A model generated the notes under the pieces. The model had not been told where the DNA came from. It was given only the letters and a program-made list of their open reading frames with translations, and searched no databases. This document shows, one piece after another, positions 12,250 to 24,681 of a stretch of 50,220 nt of DNA (positions are counted from its first letter, which is position 1; each line of letters begins with the position of its first letter). A program made the position numbers and the translations under genes. Source of the DNA: Octopus sinensis (taxonomy: Eukaryota); contig NW_021834253.1 in assembly GCF_006345805.1 (NCBI RefSeq), forward strand, positions 1 to 50,220, read 5' to 3'.

Positions 12250-13032
12250 GCCTTCCTTAATTTCGCTGATGACATCCTAATCATCGCTGAAACCGTGGAT
12301 CAGCTTCAGACCATGCGGAGGAAGCTCGACATCAAAAGCTCTGCAGTAGGCCTCAAGATGAACCGCATGAAAACGAAGTTCATGTGGTCAGACAACGTAC
12401 CAACAGCTCGAATGGTGATTGGCAGTGATGAAATAGAGGAGGTAAAGGAATATGTCTACCTGGGGCAGGAAGTGAATATGTGCCGAGATATTGAAAAGGA
12501 GATCTCACGGAGAGTAAGGGCCGGATGGAAGGCGTTTAATAGCATAAGGGATGTGCTCAAGAGAAGGTTGGACAGGACCACCCGCACCAACTTCATCAAT
12601 AGCACAGTTCTACCTGCAATGTTATATGGTAGTGAAACATGGGAAACAACAAAGAGAGAAGAACAGAGATTGGTAACGGCTCAAAGAGCCATGGAGAGGT
12701 CAATGCTTGGAATCTCGATTAAGGAGTACATCAGTAGCGAGGTCATCAGAGAGAAGTTCCGGCATGAGGGATGTCATCGTAGAATATATACGCAGCAAAT
12801 TTAGATGGGCTGGACACGTCGCCCGGTTCACCGGTAATCGAGTGGTACCCCCGCGCGAGCGGAAACGACCACTCGGAAGGCCTCCACGACGGTGGGGTTA
12901 CGATTTCAGGAGGGCGATTGGGATCACGTGGATGAGAAAGGTGCGATCCAGAGATGAGTGGACAGCGTGCTGTGACCAGCGGTGTCAAATGGACGCCCGA
13001 CAGACTGGTCGGTCAAGGGGATCAATGTGATA
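12250..13032 (+). mobile_element. 5'-truncated RTE-clade LINE, reverse transcriptase C-terminal half, frameshifted
   Basis: FADD motif at 12262-12273 in frame with KTK...EYVYLGQ...LPAMLYGSETW. After a frameshift near 12770 it reads FRWAGHVAR...KRPLGRPPRRW. Ends at (TA)n. Confidence 0.9.
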
Positions 13033-13174
13033 TATATATATATATATATTTATTCATTTATTTCTTTATTTATACATATATATAAATATATATATATACA
13101 CACATACATATACATATACATTTAACCGCATGTCAATATAAAAATATATATATATGTGCGTGTGTGTGTGTTTG

Positions 13175-13438
13175 TGAAGGCGCGTGTCTCAGTGGTTGAG
13201 ATATTCGGCTCACGATCTTAGGTCGTGAGTTCAATTCCCGGTGACATATTGTGTCCTTGATCAAGACACTTTATTTCACGTTGTTCCTGTCCACTCAGCT
13301 AGCAAAAATGAGCAGTATCTGTATTTTAAAGAGCCAGCCTTGTCACACTCTGTGTCACGCGTAATCTACCCGAGAACCGCGTTAAGGATATACGTGTTTC
13401 TGAAATACTCAACTACTTACACATTAATTTCACGAGCG
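13175..13438 (+). mobile_element. SINE with family D-type head and family C-type tail
   Basis: tRNA-like head (tctcagtggttgag, gagttcaattccc) and ccttgatcaagacactttatttcacgttg, then a tail matching 34390-34512. Confidence 0.8.
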
Positions 13439-13439
13439 C

Positions 13440-13467
13440 CTATATATATATATATAGAGAGAGAGAG

Positions 13468-13540
<73 letters not shown>

Positions 13541-13573
13541 GTAGGTAGGTAGGTAGGTAGGTAGGTAGGTAGG

Positions 13574-13652
<79 letters not shown>

Positions 13653-13686
13653 GTAGGTAGGTAGGTAGGTAGGTAGGTATGTAGGC

Positions 13687-13778
<92 letters not shown>

Positions 13779-13815
13779 CAGAGAGAGATAGAAAGAGAAA
13801 GAGAAAGGAGAGAGA
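13440..13815. repeat. (GATA)n/(GGTA)n microsatellite
   Basis: Direct reading. Confidence 0.95.
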
Positions 13816-13834
13816 GTGGTGCAAAAATGGCTTG

Positions 13835-14155
13835 GTGCCGGGCCGACCAGTGCCTTGTGAGTGAATAAAGTAGATGGAAACTATGGGGAAGCTTATCGTG
13901 TGGGTATGTGGATTTCTTTGCGCTTGTGTTTATGCATACCCTCCTCCCATCGCTTGAGAACCGGTGTTGAATTGTTTACGTCCTTGTAACTCAGCAGTTT
14001 CTACAAAGTGAAGGATGGAATAAACACCCGAGTTTAAAGCAAATTAATAAATAACGGGTGTTCGATTTGTTTGACTAAACTCCTAAACTTCTCAAAATTT
14101 TGCTCCAGTATGGGCGCAGTTGAATGACTGAGACAAGGAAAAGATATAAGAAAAA
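13835..14155 (+). mobile_element. Degenerate SINE family B (lacking head)
   Basis: ccgggccgaccagtgccttgtgagtg, catcgcttgagaaccgg, gctccagtatgg...gaatgactgagacaag. Confidence 0.7.
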
Positions 14156-15399
14156 GGTAAGAGGTAGTCTTTAACTGTGTTTTCTCCGACGCATGCGCTT
14201 TCGGTATTACTTATATTTAACACCATTTCAAGTTACTTTACAAATTCCCAACAATCTTAGACTTTTCAAAATAACCCAGGAATTTTCACGATTGCTGGTT
14301 GTAAGAATAATTTGCACAAGCTTTAGTTATTATCTCTTTATATTATTGTTTATTTATTATTGTTGTTATATAAAGTATCTTACTTTCAGTTGCTTCATGA
14401 AATATTATAATGATATTCACGTACATCATTATATATTATAATTTATTCACTCAGCAGTATACACACTTCTTAATGCTCTGTCTACTATAGCTGCCTTTAC
14501 ACATGCCTATAAATATGGTATGCTCGGCTTATAAGCAGCATATAGACGAAAATCCGTTATCATATCTTCTATTTTGGCAAGTGCCATGCAGTTAGCGGTG
14601 TAGTTTTCCCACGAGTTGTGGCACGATTCGGTTTCGAATTCTCGTCGGTTACAGTTCATTTCTTTGACGTCATAAATCGGTTATTTGAGGAGGTTGAGAA
14701 TTTTCTCACTGGATGTTTACTTTATATTCCGAGAGTGAAAACATCTTTATCCAGTAATTCATGACAAGAGAGTTTTAAATCCCAATAATTAGTCTGTTGC
14801 AGTGCTAAATAATTAATCACAGATTCTTTTGACAGCACTCCAAGTCAGTTGTATTTTGCGCTTGGGTTTATTTTGCTACAAGTTTTTAATCTATACGCAT
14901 TAGGACCCTGTAGTTTTTAACATTTTGTATAAAATTTATAAATTGTTATATTTGACGATGGAGATATACAAACCCATATACGTACATCTAGCATACTTAC
15001 ATATTCCAAACACATAGACACACACAAGTACAGACATAAAAGCATGCGCAGATAGGATTACATACTGCAAAATGACGAAATGGCAGAGAAAGGACAAGAC
15101 CAGAGAGGAACAGAGACACGAGGAACGGAAAATCACTGAAGAGGTCACAGAATGTGGGACGTTAGGAGTCTGATAATATAGCTGAAGGGAAGCTCAAACA
15201 ATTAGTACATTATGTTTATTTGCAAAAGAAAAGAGAAATTTAAAAAAGGACCCTCCCCAAATATAGCAACATCTATTTCAACACACGATTTCACGTCAAA
15301 AATCTTGCAAAACAAATACATGAACGCAATAAGTATAATTATTCTCCCAAGTGAATTTGTGAAAAGGTGAATAATTGTGGCGAAAATTCTAAGCAAGCG

Positions 15400-15901
15400 A
15401 CTGTAAAATGGTGATTGCCCTTGGTGGTCAGGGTAATTCTAAATCTGTAGGGTTCTTTCATGAACCCTAGTCGAAGGATCTCCTGGTGCAGGAAGACTGT
15501 ATCGTTCATGCACTCATGTATTTTACATAACGTTCACAACTTTCATACCTTTTAGAACCATATTGCTGTTGAAATAAACTGCTCTTCCTACAATAAAATT
15601 TGAGAATAAGGGAGAATATAATACAATTGTCATAAACCGTCTTTTGGAATAAGAATTAATATGGAATTTTCATGTAAGGCTTTAATTTAAAGCATTTTAA
15701 AGCAAGAAATTCGTATCATAAAACCAAGAGCGATCTCAGGCGAATTGGCATGAAAAGGGCTGGACTGTGAAATGGTGATTGCCCTTGGTGCACAGGGTGA
15801 TTTTAGATCTGTAGGGTTCTTTTATGGGACCTAGTCGAAGAATCTTCTGGAGCAGGAAGACTGTATCGCTCGTGTACTTACGCATGTATTTTACGTAACG
15901 T
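15400..15901. repeat. Dispersed direct duplication of ~135 bp (about 15400-15533 and 15765-15901)
   Basis: actgt.aaatggtgattgcccttggtg...tctgtagggttcttt...ctagtcgaag...gcaggaagactgtatcg twice, roughly 80% identical by eye. Confidence 0.85.
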
Positions 15902-15938
15902 TTATATCTTGTATAACATCTCCCCATTTTTTCTTCTC

Positions 15939-16432
<494 letters not shown>

Positions 16433-16679
16433 GCAGTTGGTAGTTTTGACAGAATTGTTAAAGCGTCGGAAAAAGTGCAACGCAGTATTTATTTCTGCTC
16501 TTTACGTTCGAAGATCAAATCCTGCTAAGGTCAGCTTTACTTTTCATTCTTTGGATGTTGCTATATATAAAAAAAGGCGGGTACCAATCAAGTACCGGAG
16601 TCAATGTAACAGACTAGCATCCCACCCCTCAAATATTGCTGGTCTTCGACCTAAATTCGAAGCAATCCATGTGACAATA

Positions 16680-17477
16680 TTCTTTTCTATTCTAGGCACA
16701 AGGCCCAAAATTTTGGTAGGAGGGGCCGGTCAATTAGATCGACTCCAGTACGCAATTGGTACTTAATTTATCGACCCCGAAAAGATGAAAGACAAAGTCG
16801 ACCTCGGCGGAATTTGAACTCACAACGTAACGGCAGAACGTACCTATTTCTTTACTACCCACAAGGGGCTAAACACAGAAGGGACAAACAAGGACAGACA
16901 AACGGATAAAGTCGATTATATCGACCCCAGTGCGTAACTGGCACTTATTTAATCGACCCCGAAAGGATGAAAGGCAAAGTCGATCTCGGCGGAATTTGAA
17001 CTCAGAACGTAGCGGCAGACGAAATACCGCAAAGCATTTCGTCCGGCGTGCTAACGTTTCTTATTTTTTTATTGCCCACAAGGGGCTAACATAGAGGGGA
17101 CAAACAAAGACAGACAAAGAGATTAAGTCGATTACATTGACCCCAGTGCGTAACTGGTACTTAATTTATCGATCCCGAAAGGATGAAAGGCAAAGTCGAC
17201 CTCGGCGGAATTTGAACTCACGACGTAACGGCAGACGAAATACCTATTTCTTTACTACCCACAGGGGGCTAAACACAGAGGGGACAAACAAGGACAGACA
17301 AAGGGATTAAGTCGATTACATCGACCCTAGTGCGTAACTGGTACTTATTTAATCGACACCGACAGGATGAAAGGCAAAGTCGACCTCGACGAAATTGGAA
17401 CTCAGAACGTAGCGGCAGACGAAATACCGCTAAGTATTTCGTCCGGTGTGCTAACGTTTCTGCCAGCTCGCAGCCTT
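16680..17477 (-). mobile_element. Four head-to-tail family A SINE copies
   Basis: Four repeats of gaaagg(a)tgaaaggcaaagtcgacctcggcggaatttgaactc; units about 16680-16843, 16844-17060, 17061-17243 and 17244-17477. Confidence 0.9.
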
Positions 17478-17637
17478 AGTCCAAGTGACAATATTGATTA
17501 CAAACTGTTTCTTTATCTGTTAGTCTTTGACAATTATGTCAGAGCGATTTTCTTTCTTGGTCGTAGCAGGAACATTGTTACTATGTCATTCCCTGAATGT
17601 ACGGGTGTCGTACCTCTTTTGTATGACTGTCCCCTCT

Positions 17638-18110
17638 AGGCGCAGGTATGGCAGTGTGGTTAAGAAGTTTATTTTCAAAGAATGTGATCTTGGGTCCAGT
17701 AACACTGCGCTGCACCTTGTGACACTGTCTTTTATTGTACTCCGTGGACCGGTCTATACCGTGTAAGTTGATTTGATAGACAGCAACTGAAAGAAGTTCT
17801 ACGGTTATGTGTGCATGTGTGTGAGTGTGCGTGTATGTGCGCGCGTGTGTGTGTGTGTGTGTTTGTGTGCATAGATATGTGTGTGTCTTTGTATTTTGTG
17901 TCTACGTTTGTCTCCTACCATCGCTTGACAACTGGTGTTAAACTGGTGTTGATTTGCTTACGTTTCCGTAACTTAGCAGTTCGGTAAGAGACACCAGTGG
18001 AATAAGTACCTGGCTTAAAATATTTAGTACTGAGATCGATTTGTTCGACTAAACCCTTTAAAGTAGTGCTCCAGCATAACCTCAGTCAAATGAATGAAAC
18101 AAGTAAAAAA
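17638..18110 (+). mobile_element. Degenerate SINE family B
   Basis: ggcgcaggtatggcagtgtggttaag head, internal (TG)n, gctccagcat...aatgaaacaagtaaaa tail. Confidence 0.75.
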
Positions 18111-18429
18111 TGAAAGGTCACTGTTATAGTATTTCCTTTATAAAGTCCCCAATTCTGTCGCGTTTACTTAATATATACACTCTGTTTTCACTAAGACATG
18201 TGTAGATTGAAACAATGTGATCGTTTCATCACAGCCTCTACTCATTCTACACCAACATTGTTTATTCTGCTTCCTTATAAGTTTTTGGGAGTATCTGGTG
18301 GGAAGTTTCTGGTCTTGTGGTGAGATCAAAACAAAATCTTTCGGTTTTATTTTTCAATCTCAGACTTCTCAAATTCTGTTGTTTATTTTTTCTCTATCAG
18401 TTTCCGCTTTGCTTTGCCTGCATAGCACA

Positions 18430-18860
18430 TACAGGTACTTCTTCTCTTGCCAATATCTTAGCATGAGATTTTGTCGTCCGGTTTTTAATTTAGTTTTTAG
18501 TTTCTTTTCGTAATTTGCTACTTAAGCCAATAACTCTATATTTGTTGGCTCCCTGACGAAGCAAGTTTATTTTTATTTTGTTCATGTGTTATAGCTTCCA
18601 CAATAGATATTTTATAATAATATTCTACTTGCAGAAGGTCCATACCTCCCTGTATTCGCGGTTAAGATAATCTTTCTATGTCAGCTTTGGGTGATGTTTT
18701 ATAAGTGTAGTTATTATTTTTCTTCTTACCCTGTCTAGTCTTGCTAATTTACTTAGCTTCAAGCTGGGAATGTTGAAATCATAACTCATTACTGGTGCAG
18801 CTATACTTTTTTATACCCATTGCCTTATTTTTGGCATTTAGCTGTTATAACCTAATGCGT
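18430..18860 (-). mobile_element. Degraded R4/Dong-like (RLE-clade) LINE reverse transcriptase fragment
   Basis: Minus translation AAPVMSYDFNI...LARLDRVRRKI...HHPKADIERLS*PRIQGGMDLLQVE matches the HHPKADxxRLYxPRxxGGRGL region of R4/Dong-type ORFs. Confidence 0.7.
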
Positions 18861-18933
18861 CTATAATATCCTTCTTTAACCTAATGCGTCTATAATATCC
18901 TTCTTTAACCTAATGCGTCTATAATATTCCTTC
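18848..18933. repeat. 29-bp tandem repeat, three copies
   Basis: taacctaatgcgtctataatatccttctt three times (third copy imperfect). Confidence 0.9.
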
Positions 18934-19264
18934 CCAATTTTTTAAAATCATGTTTCGTACTCTGTGCAGTTCATTATTTTCGAAGTAAAGATGTATCACT
19001 CGCCTTCGTAGGATCCTACCAAAAGCAACTACAATGACACTTTCTGCATGGCTCCCTAAACGTGACCAACTGGAACTATGGACATTATCCAGCCATCTCA
19101 TATTTGGTCTACTCCCTAGGTCTCCTGCCATTTGATTTGGCTTGAAGAATCCGTCTTGCGATTCTTTTCTGTGATATTCTAATCCCATGTCTTAGTACCG
19201 AAAATGTGATTCCTCAATGCGGAGCTACTCGCCTTGGAGAGACCTCCAAGCTAATTTTAAAAAC

Positions 19265-19517
19265 AAGTTTCTTTCACGAGCCATGCCAAATCATAAGGGC
19301 CGGTTTCCCGGTTTCTTTGGCTTAAATATTCCCTCCACACCATTGTACGGAACGCCGGTCTGTCACAGGATTACTCATTTTGGCCAGCTGAGTGGACTGC
19401 AGTAACGTGAGATGAAGCGCTTTGCTCAAGAACACAACGCGTCACCTGGTCCAGGAATCGAAACCACAATCTTATGATCATGAGTCCAACACCCTAACCA
19501 CTAAGCCACGCGCCTCA
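19265..19517 (-). mobile_element. SINE with D-type (Meta-like) head and alternative tail
   Basis: Reverse complement of ggcgcgtggcttagtggttaggg...ttcttgagcaaagc...cagtccactcagctgg; tail ccgggaaaccggccc resembles 45595-45611. Confidence 0.7.
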
Positions 19518-19679
19518 GCTACCTCTAAGCTGAGCGCCCTGTCGAATAACGTTACTTCAGAGGTCCTTCGGGGGAACCTCATTTCGGCCGTTTGTATTTG
19601 CAACTATACTCATTCAGTCATTGTCCGACATTCGTGACCATAAGTGAGAGGAGACCTATAGAAAATCGCAATTTTTGTT

Positions 19680-19890
19680 TTAACCATCCTCTCTTCTTCT
19701 GATGATCAAATACTGGCCTTGATGTATTACTGTGTCAGCGCATACAGCTCTAGCATCCATTTCAGTCTCCTGCATTACTCATAAATACGGCCTGAAGATA
19801 CTTAAACTACTCCACTTGCCTCAGTGATGTTCCACTAACATGCAGAGTGTGCTGGGAAACTTTCGCTTCATTCTCTTAACTTTGAATCTT
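19680..19890 (-). mobile_element. Highly degraded RTE-like RT fragment
   Basis: Minus translation LHVSGTSLRQVE*FKYLQAVFMS resembles QVEEFKYLGxxF. Confidence 0.45.
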
Positions 19891-20036
19891 TATCGAACTC
19901 CGTATATCAAACGAACAGGCATGTTGAAGTGGCTACGAATATTATTTGTTCGTACAACTACTGCTTTGATCTCTTAGAGAGATTTTAGAAGTAGTATTTT
20001 TGCTTGTTGCAAAATCAACGACTGAGTATTCGCTTG

Positions 20037-20079
<43 letters not shown>

Positions 20080-20472
20080 ATTAACAGAAGCGAGCTATAG
20101 TCATCTCTGTCAGACGAGGTGTCCAATACTGAAGAGTGACAGAAATAGCCCAAAACCAGGACTGGTCTGCTGGTCTTGTCGCTAGAAGATGGTAGGGTTC
20201 GCTTCCCTACTCGCAATTTATCGGATGCAGCTCTGCATCCGTTAATCAGCTAGAGGAGATGTCCGCTTGGGTTTAAAAAATCTCAATAGAGTCCGTTCGA
20301 ACGGACGGCCATGTTGAAATGGCTGCGACTATTACTTGTTAGCATATATATTATTGTCTTTTAATTAATTTTCACTCTTCAAGGTTGCCTCAATGGATTT
20401 TTCTTTGTACCTGTGTGTTTAGTTCTTTACTGTTGTCACTGTACAACTAGGAAACATCCATCTGCAGGGCAT

Positions 20473-20565
<93 letters not shown>

Positions 20566-20569
20566 TATT

Positions 20570-20955
20570 TTACTCCTCAGAAGTCTCGGTCTTATTTACT
20601 TTGGTTGATTCTGTGAGAATAGACAGCAACCTGATGTCAGAGGTCTCACATAGTCTCTTTCCGCAAATTATAAGCTTTGTCACGTGGTTGTTAACTTATC
20701 GTGGAAGACACCCATCACCCAAGTACCAATTTCGAAACCCCAGCTGTCCCCAATACAGCGGGTTATTTGGGGGGCCTGCTCTGCCCTCATGTCAATTCTA
20801 ATTTCTCTGACATATTTCTCGAACCTGGTTGTCAATGCTCCGAGTGACCCTGCAACCACTGTGATAACAGTTTCTCTCTTCACTGCCCAGATTCTTGCAA
20901 TTTTGTCCTTTAGTAGACTGTATTTCTCCACCATTTCCACTACTGTCATTGCCAG
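20570..20955 (-). mobile_element. 3' end of an R4/Dong-like LINE (restriction-like endonuclease C-terminus plus 3' UTR) ending at (AAT)n
   Basis: EKYSLLKDKIARIWAVKRETVITVVAGSLGAL...RAEQA, then a frameshift to ALLGTAG-like sequence; abuts (ATT)n at 20473-20567. Confidence 0.8.
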
Positions 20956-21300
20956 CTGGCAGAATCGTTAGCACGCCGAGCAAAATGCATAGCGACATTT
21001 CGGGCATCTTTACAATCTGAGTTCAAATTCCGCCGAGATCGGCTTTGCCTTTCATCCTTTCAGGGTCGATAAGTTAAGTAGCAGTTGAGAAATGGGATCG
21101 ATGTAATCGCCTTAATCTCTCCCACCAAAATTTCAGGCATTGTGCCTATAGTAGAAAGGTTTATTATCATTATTATTATTGAGGTCGACTTTGCTTTTCA
21201 TCCTTTCGGGGTCGATAAAATAAATATCACTTGAATACTGGGGTGGATGTAATCGCCTCATCCCCTCCCACAAAAAACTGCTGCCGTCGTGAAAAAATTT
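20950..21300 (+). mobile_element. SINE family A, one full and one partial copy
   Basis: gccagctggcagaatcgttagcacgcc...gtgcctatagtagaaagg, then a second gaggtcgactttgc... Confidence 0.85.
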
Positions 21301-21344
21301 GAACTCATCATCATTATTATTGTTATTGGTGATGAAAAAATTGT

Positions 21345-21750
21345 CAAGGAGTGGCTGTGTGGTAAGTAGCTTGCTTAAAAACCACATGGATCCATGTTCA
21401 GTCCCACTGCGTGGTACCTTGGACAAGTGTCTTCTACTATAGTCTCGGGGAGACCAAAGCCTTGTGAGTGGATTTGGTAGACGGAAACTGAAAAAAGCCC
21501 GTCGTATATATGTATATATGTGTGTGTGAGTGTGTTTGTGTGTCTGTGTTTACCCCCCCCCCCCAACATCGCTTGACAACCGATGCTGGCGTGTTTACGT
21601 CCTCGTAACTTAGTGGTTCGGCAAAAGAGACCGATAGAATAAATACTAGGCTTACGAAAGAATAAGTCCTGGGGTAGATTTCCTCGATTAAAGGCGGTGC
21701 TCCAGCATGGCCGCAGTCAAATAACTGAAACAAGTAAAAGAGTAAAAGAG
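21345..21750 (+). mobile_element. SINE family B, full-length
   Basis: Close match to 25719, 37904 and 41052. Confidence 0.9.
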
Positions 21751-22025
21751 TGTTCTCTGACGCAACTCCTCAATATTGACATATTCCACCTCATCGCAGG
21801 ACATTTCCTATACACTTAGCTCATCTGTTTTGTTTTCAATTGCTGGAATCTTTGATTGTTTTCCCCCTATAGCTCTGGCGCCACTAGCTAGCAACTGTTT
21901 CTACGTACTTTCTTTTGTATAGATTAATCAACATAATCCGATGTTATCTTTTCTTTATCTGCGGTCTAATCTGTTCGATTGTTGCGATACTCAACATGGA
22001 CGTGCAAGAAATAAAAGCTGTATAT

Positions 22026-22147
<122 letters not shown>

Positions 22148-22306
22148 GCTTTAAGTAGTGTGTCCACCATTTTGTTTTGTGTATAGCGTGCAGTAGTGAG
22201 ACGGCGGATTGACAGTAAGAAACCGCTGAACTGAAGGAACCGTGATTAGCTCCCTTGTTACAAGTGCTGCTCAACGTCCTCTTCTAAAACAATAGTATCT
22301 TTATAA

Positions 22307-22530
22307 TACCTATTTCTTTATTACCCACAAGGGGCTAAACACAGAGGGGACAAACAAGGACAGACATAGGTATTAAGTCGATTCCATCGACCCCAGTGCG
22401 TAACTGGTACTTAATTTATCGACCCCGAAAGGATGAAAGGCAAAGTCGACCTCGGCGGAATTTGAACTCACAACGTAACGCAGACGAAATACCGCTAAGC
22501 ATTTCGCCCGGCGTGCTAACGTTTCTGCCA
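22307..22530 (-). mobile_element. SINE family A (A2 tail variant)
   Basis: Tail ctatttctttattacccacaaggggctaaacacagagggg plus family A body and head. Confidence 0.9.
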
Positions 22531-22827
22531 ATCAATCCAGCCTTGTCCTTACCACAGCTTGACAGAGACGCTCTATATATTTCTTCTTAGTCTCTTATTC
22601 GCCATTTTTCTGATATTTATTGAGTTTAACCCACCACCTCGTTCATGGTTGTCCTTCGTTTCTTTGCTTTTTAAGATTCTCGGTAACCGGTCTCTTCATT
22701 TACCTGTTGCCACTCAGATTCTGAACGTGCCAAACTAAATATCATTTTATAAATTTGACAATATCATTTAATGTTGCTCGTTTTCGGATACCGTTCAATG
22801 TTTTATGATCCTTGTTTTATGGTATTA

Positions 22828-22995
22828 GCGCAGAGGTGAATGTGTGGTAAGACGCTTGCTTCTCAACCACATGGTTCCGGGTTCAATCCCACTGCATTGT
22901 ACCTTGGGCAAATGTCTTCTACTATGGCCTCGGGTCGACCAAAGCCTTGTGAGCGAACGTGGTAGGCGGAAACTGAAAGAAGCCTGCCGAGTATA
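22828..22995 (+). mobile_element. SINE family B 5' half ending in (TA)n
   Basis: gtgtggtaagacgcttgcttctcaaccacatggttccgggttcaatcccactgc...gaaagaagcctgccg. Confidence 0.85.
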
Positions 22996-23041
22996 TGTAT
23001 ATATACATATATGTATATATATATTATATATATATATATAT

Positions 23042-23105
<64 letters not shown>

Positions 23106-23317
23106 ATGTATGCGTGTATATATATACTATATATACTATATATTTGTGAAAAGGGCGGACGTTGTCTCACAAGCAGATGTACAGGCAAAAAGGCTTGTAA
23201 ATGTGATCGGATCGATCGTTAAATGTGTTAGCATCGAAGTCAAACGTTTACTAACGGAGATATCGATTATATATCACCTGAGGAGATACAACTGGATCCC
23301 ATTTTTCAGTTATATAT

Positions 23318-23386
<69 letters not shown>

Positions 23387-23437
23387 TATATATATATATA
23401 GAAAGAGCGGGTGTATTTCCACGCACGAAAAAATATA

Positions 23438-23765
23438 GGTAAATTTGTTGTTGAAAATGCACTTAAAATTTGAAAAACTTGTAATCGTTTTAAAATAAAT
23501 TTATTTACACATATACCAAACTAGTTTCAATGATATTTTTTGTTTATCAATGGTAAAAATTTTAAATCGTAAATTAGAAAAGCACATTTAAAAGTCTCAA
23601 TGTTTACAAGTTTGAATATTTATAACACTGAATAATATTAAAAATGTGGATTGTCTTGCTTAAATGCACAAAATTCAATAGTATTAGTCCTGATCGATCA
23701 CTATCTATTCAAAAACAATTACAATTTTTTTCAAATTTAGGTGCATTTTCAACAACAAATATGCC
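23438..23765. mobile_element. MITE with ~55-bp imperfect terminal inverted repeats and TA flanks
   Basis: TA|ggtaaatttgttgttgaaaatgcacttaaaatttgaaaaacttgtaat versus the reverse complement of the right end, TA|ggcatatttgttgttgaaaatgcacctaaatttgaaaaaaattgtaat. Confidence 0.7.
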
Positions 23766-23843
<78 letters not shown>

Positions 23844-23903
23844 TTATGTATTTATGTATGTATGTATGTATGTATGTATGTATGTATGTATGTATATATG
23901 CAC

Positions 23904-24064
23904 GGCAAGAAGAAAATGGAGGGAATCCAGAGGTACTATTCATCAGCTGTTAGACATTATATCATGTCTATTTATTTTAGAACTGTTTAAAATAAATAAA
24001 TAAACATAATATAATATTTAACAGCTGATGAATAGTACCTCTGGATTCCCTCCATTTCCTTGCC
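23904..24064. mobile_element. Small fold-back element with a perfect 39-bp inverted repeat
   Basis: 23914-23952 aaatggagggaatccagaggtactattcatcagctgtta is the exact reverse complement of 24019-24057; outer ggcaag/cttgcc; 66-bp AT-rich spacer. Confidence 0.75.
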
Positions 24065-24233
24065 ATATAAATTAAGGGTAAAACCACTTATTACCATCGC
24101 CTAATAATTATACTCAGTAGGGTAATTGCCATGCAATAACCAACACTTGTGTATTAATAATTGGGTATTCTACCAGCAGTATATGGGATAGATATTATCC
24201 CTCGGTTGGATTCACAACCTCTAACTCTCTTGG

Positions 24234-24294
<61 letters not shown>

Positions 24295-24299
24295 CATAC

Positions 24300-24331
<32 letters not shown>

Positions 24332-24681
24332 CTATATATATATATATACATACAAATATACATATATACATTCATACGTGTGTGTTTGTGTGTTTTCTCC
24401 CCGTAACGTAGGGGTCCGGCAAAAGATATCGGTAGAATCATTACCAGACTTTAAAAAGTAAGTATTGGAGTTAATTCATTCGACTAAAAATTCTCCAAGG
24501 CTGTGCCCTAGCATGGCTGCTGCTATCTAATGACTGAAACAAGTAAAAGCTAAATGCTAAAAACTCCCAGTTTTAGGATCCCTTCCGTCAGCAATCCAAA
24601 TGCTAAAGGGTTAATATCGGAAATTTTCTGAGTGGAAACTGGATCAAACATTATTATTGCTAGAGCATTATTGCGCACACA

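Noticed and set aside
16844-17477. Regularly spaced repeats that might look like a CRISPR array
   Set aside because: Units are SINE copies of about 160-235 bp with no unique spacers; eukaryotic context.
20125-20190. CUGAAGA...GAAA hammerhead-like motif
   Set aside because: No credible stem II or stem III pairing.
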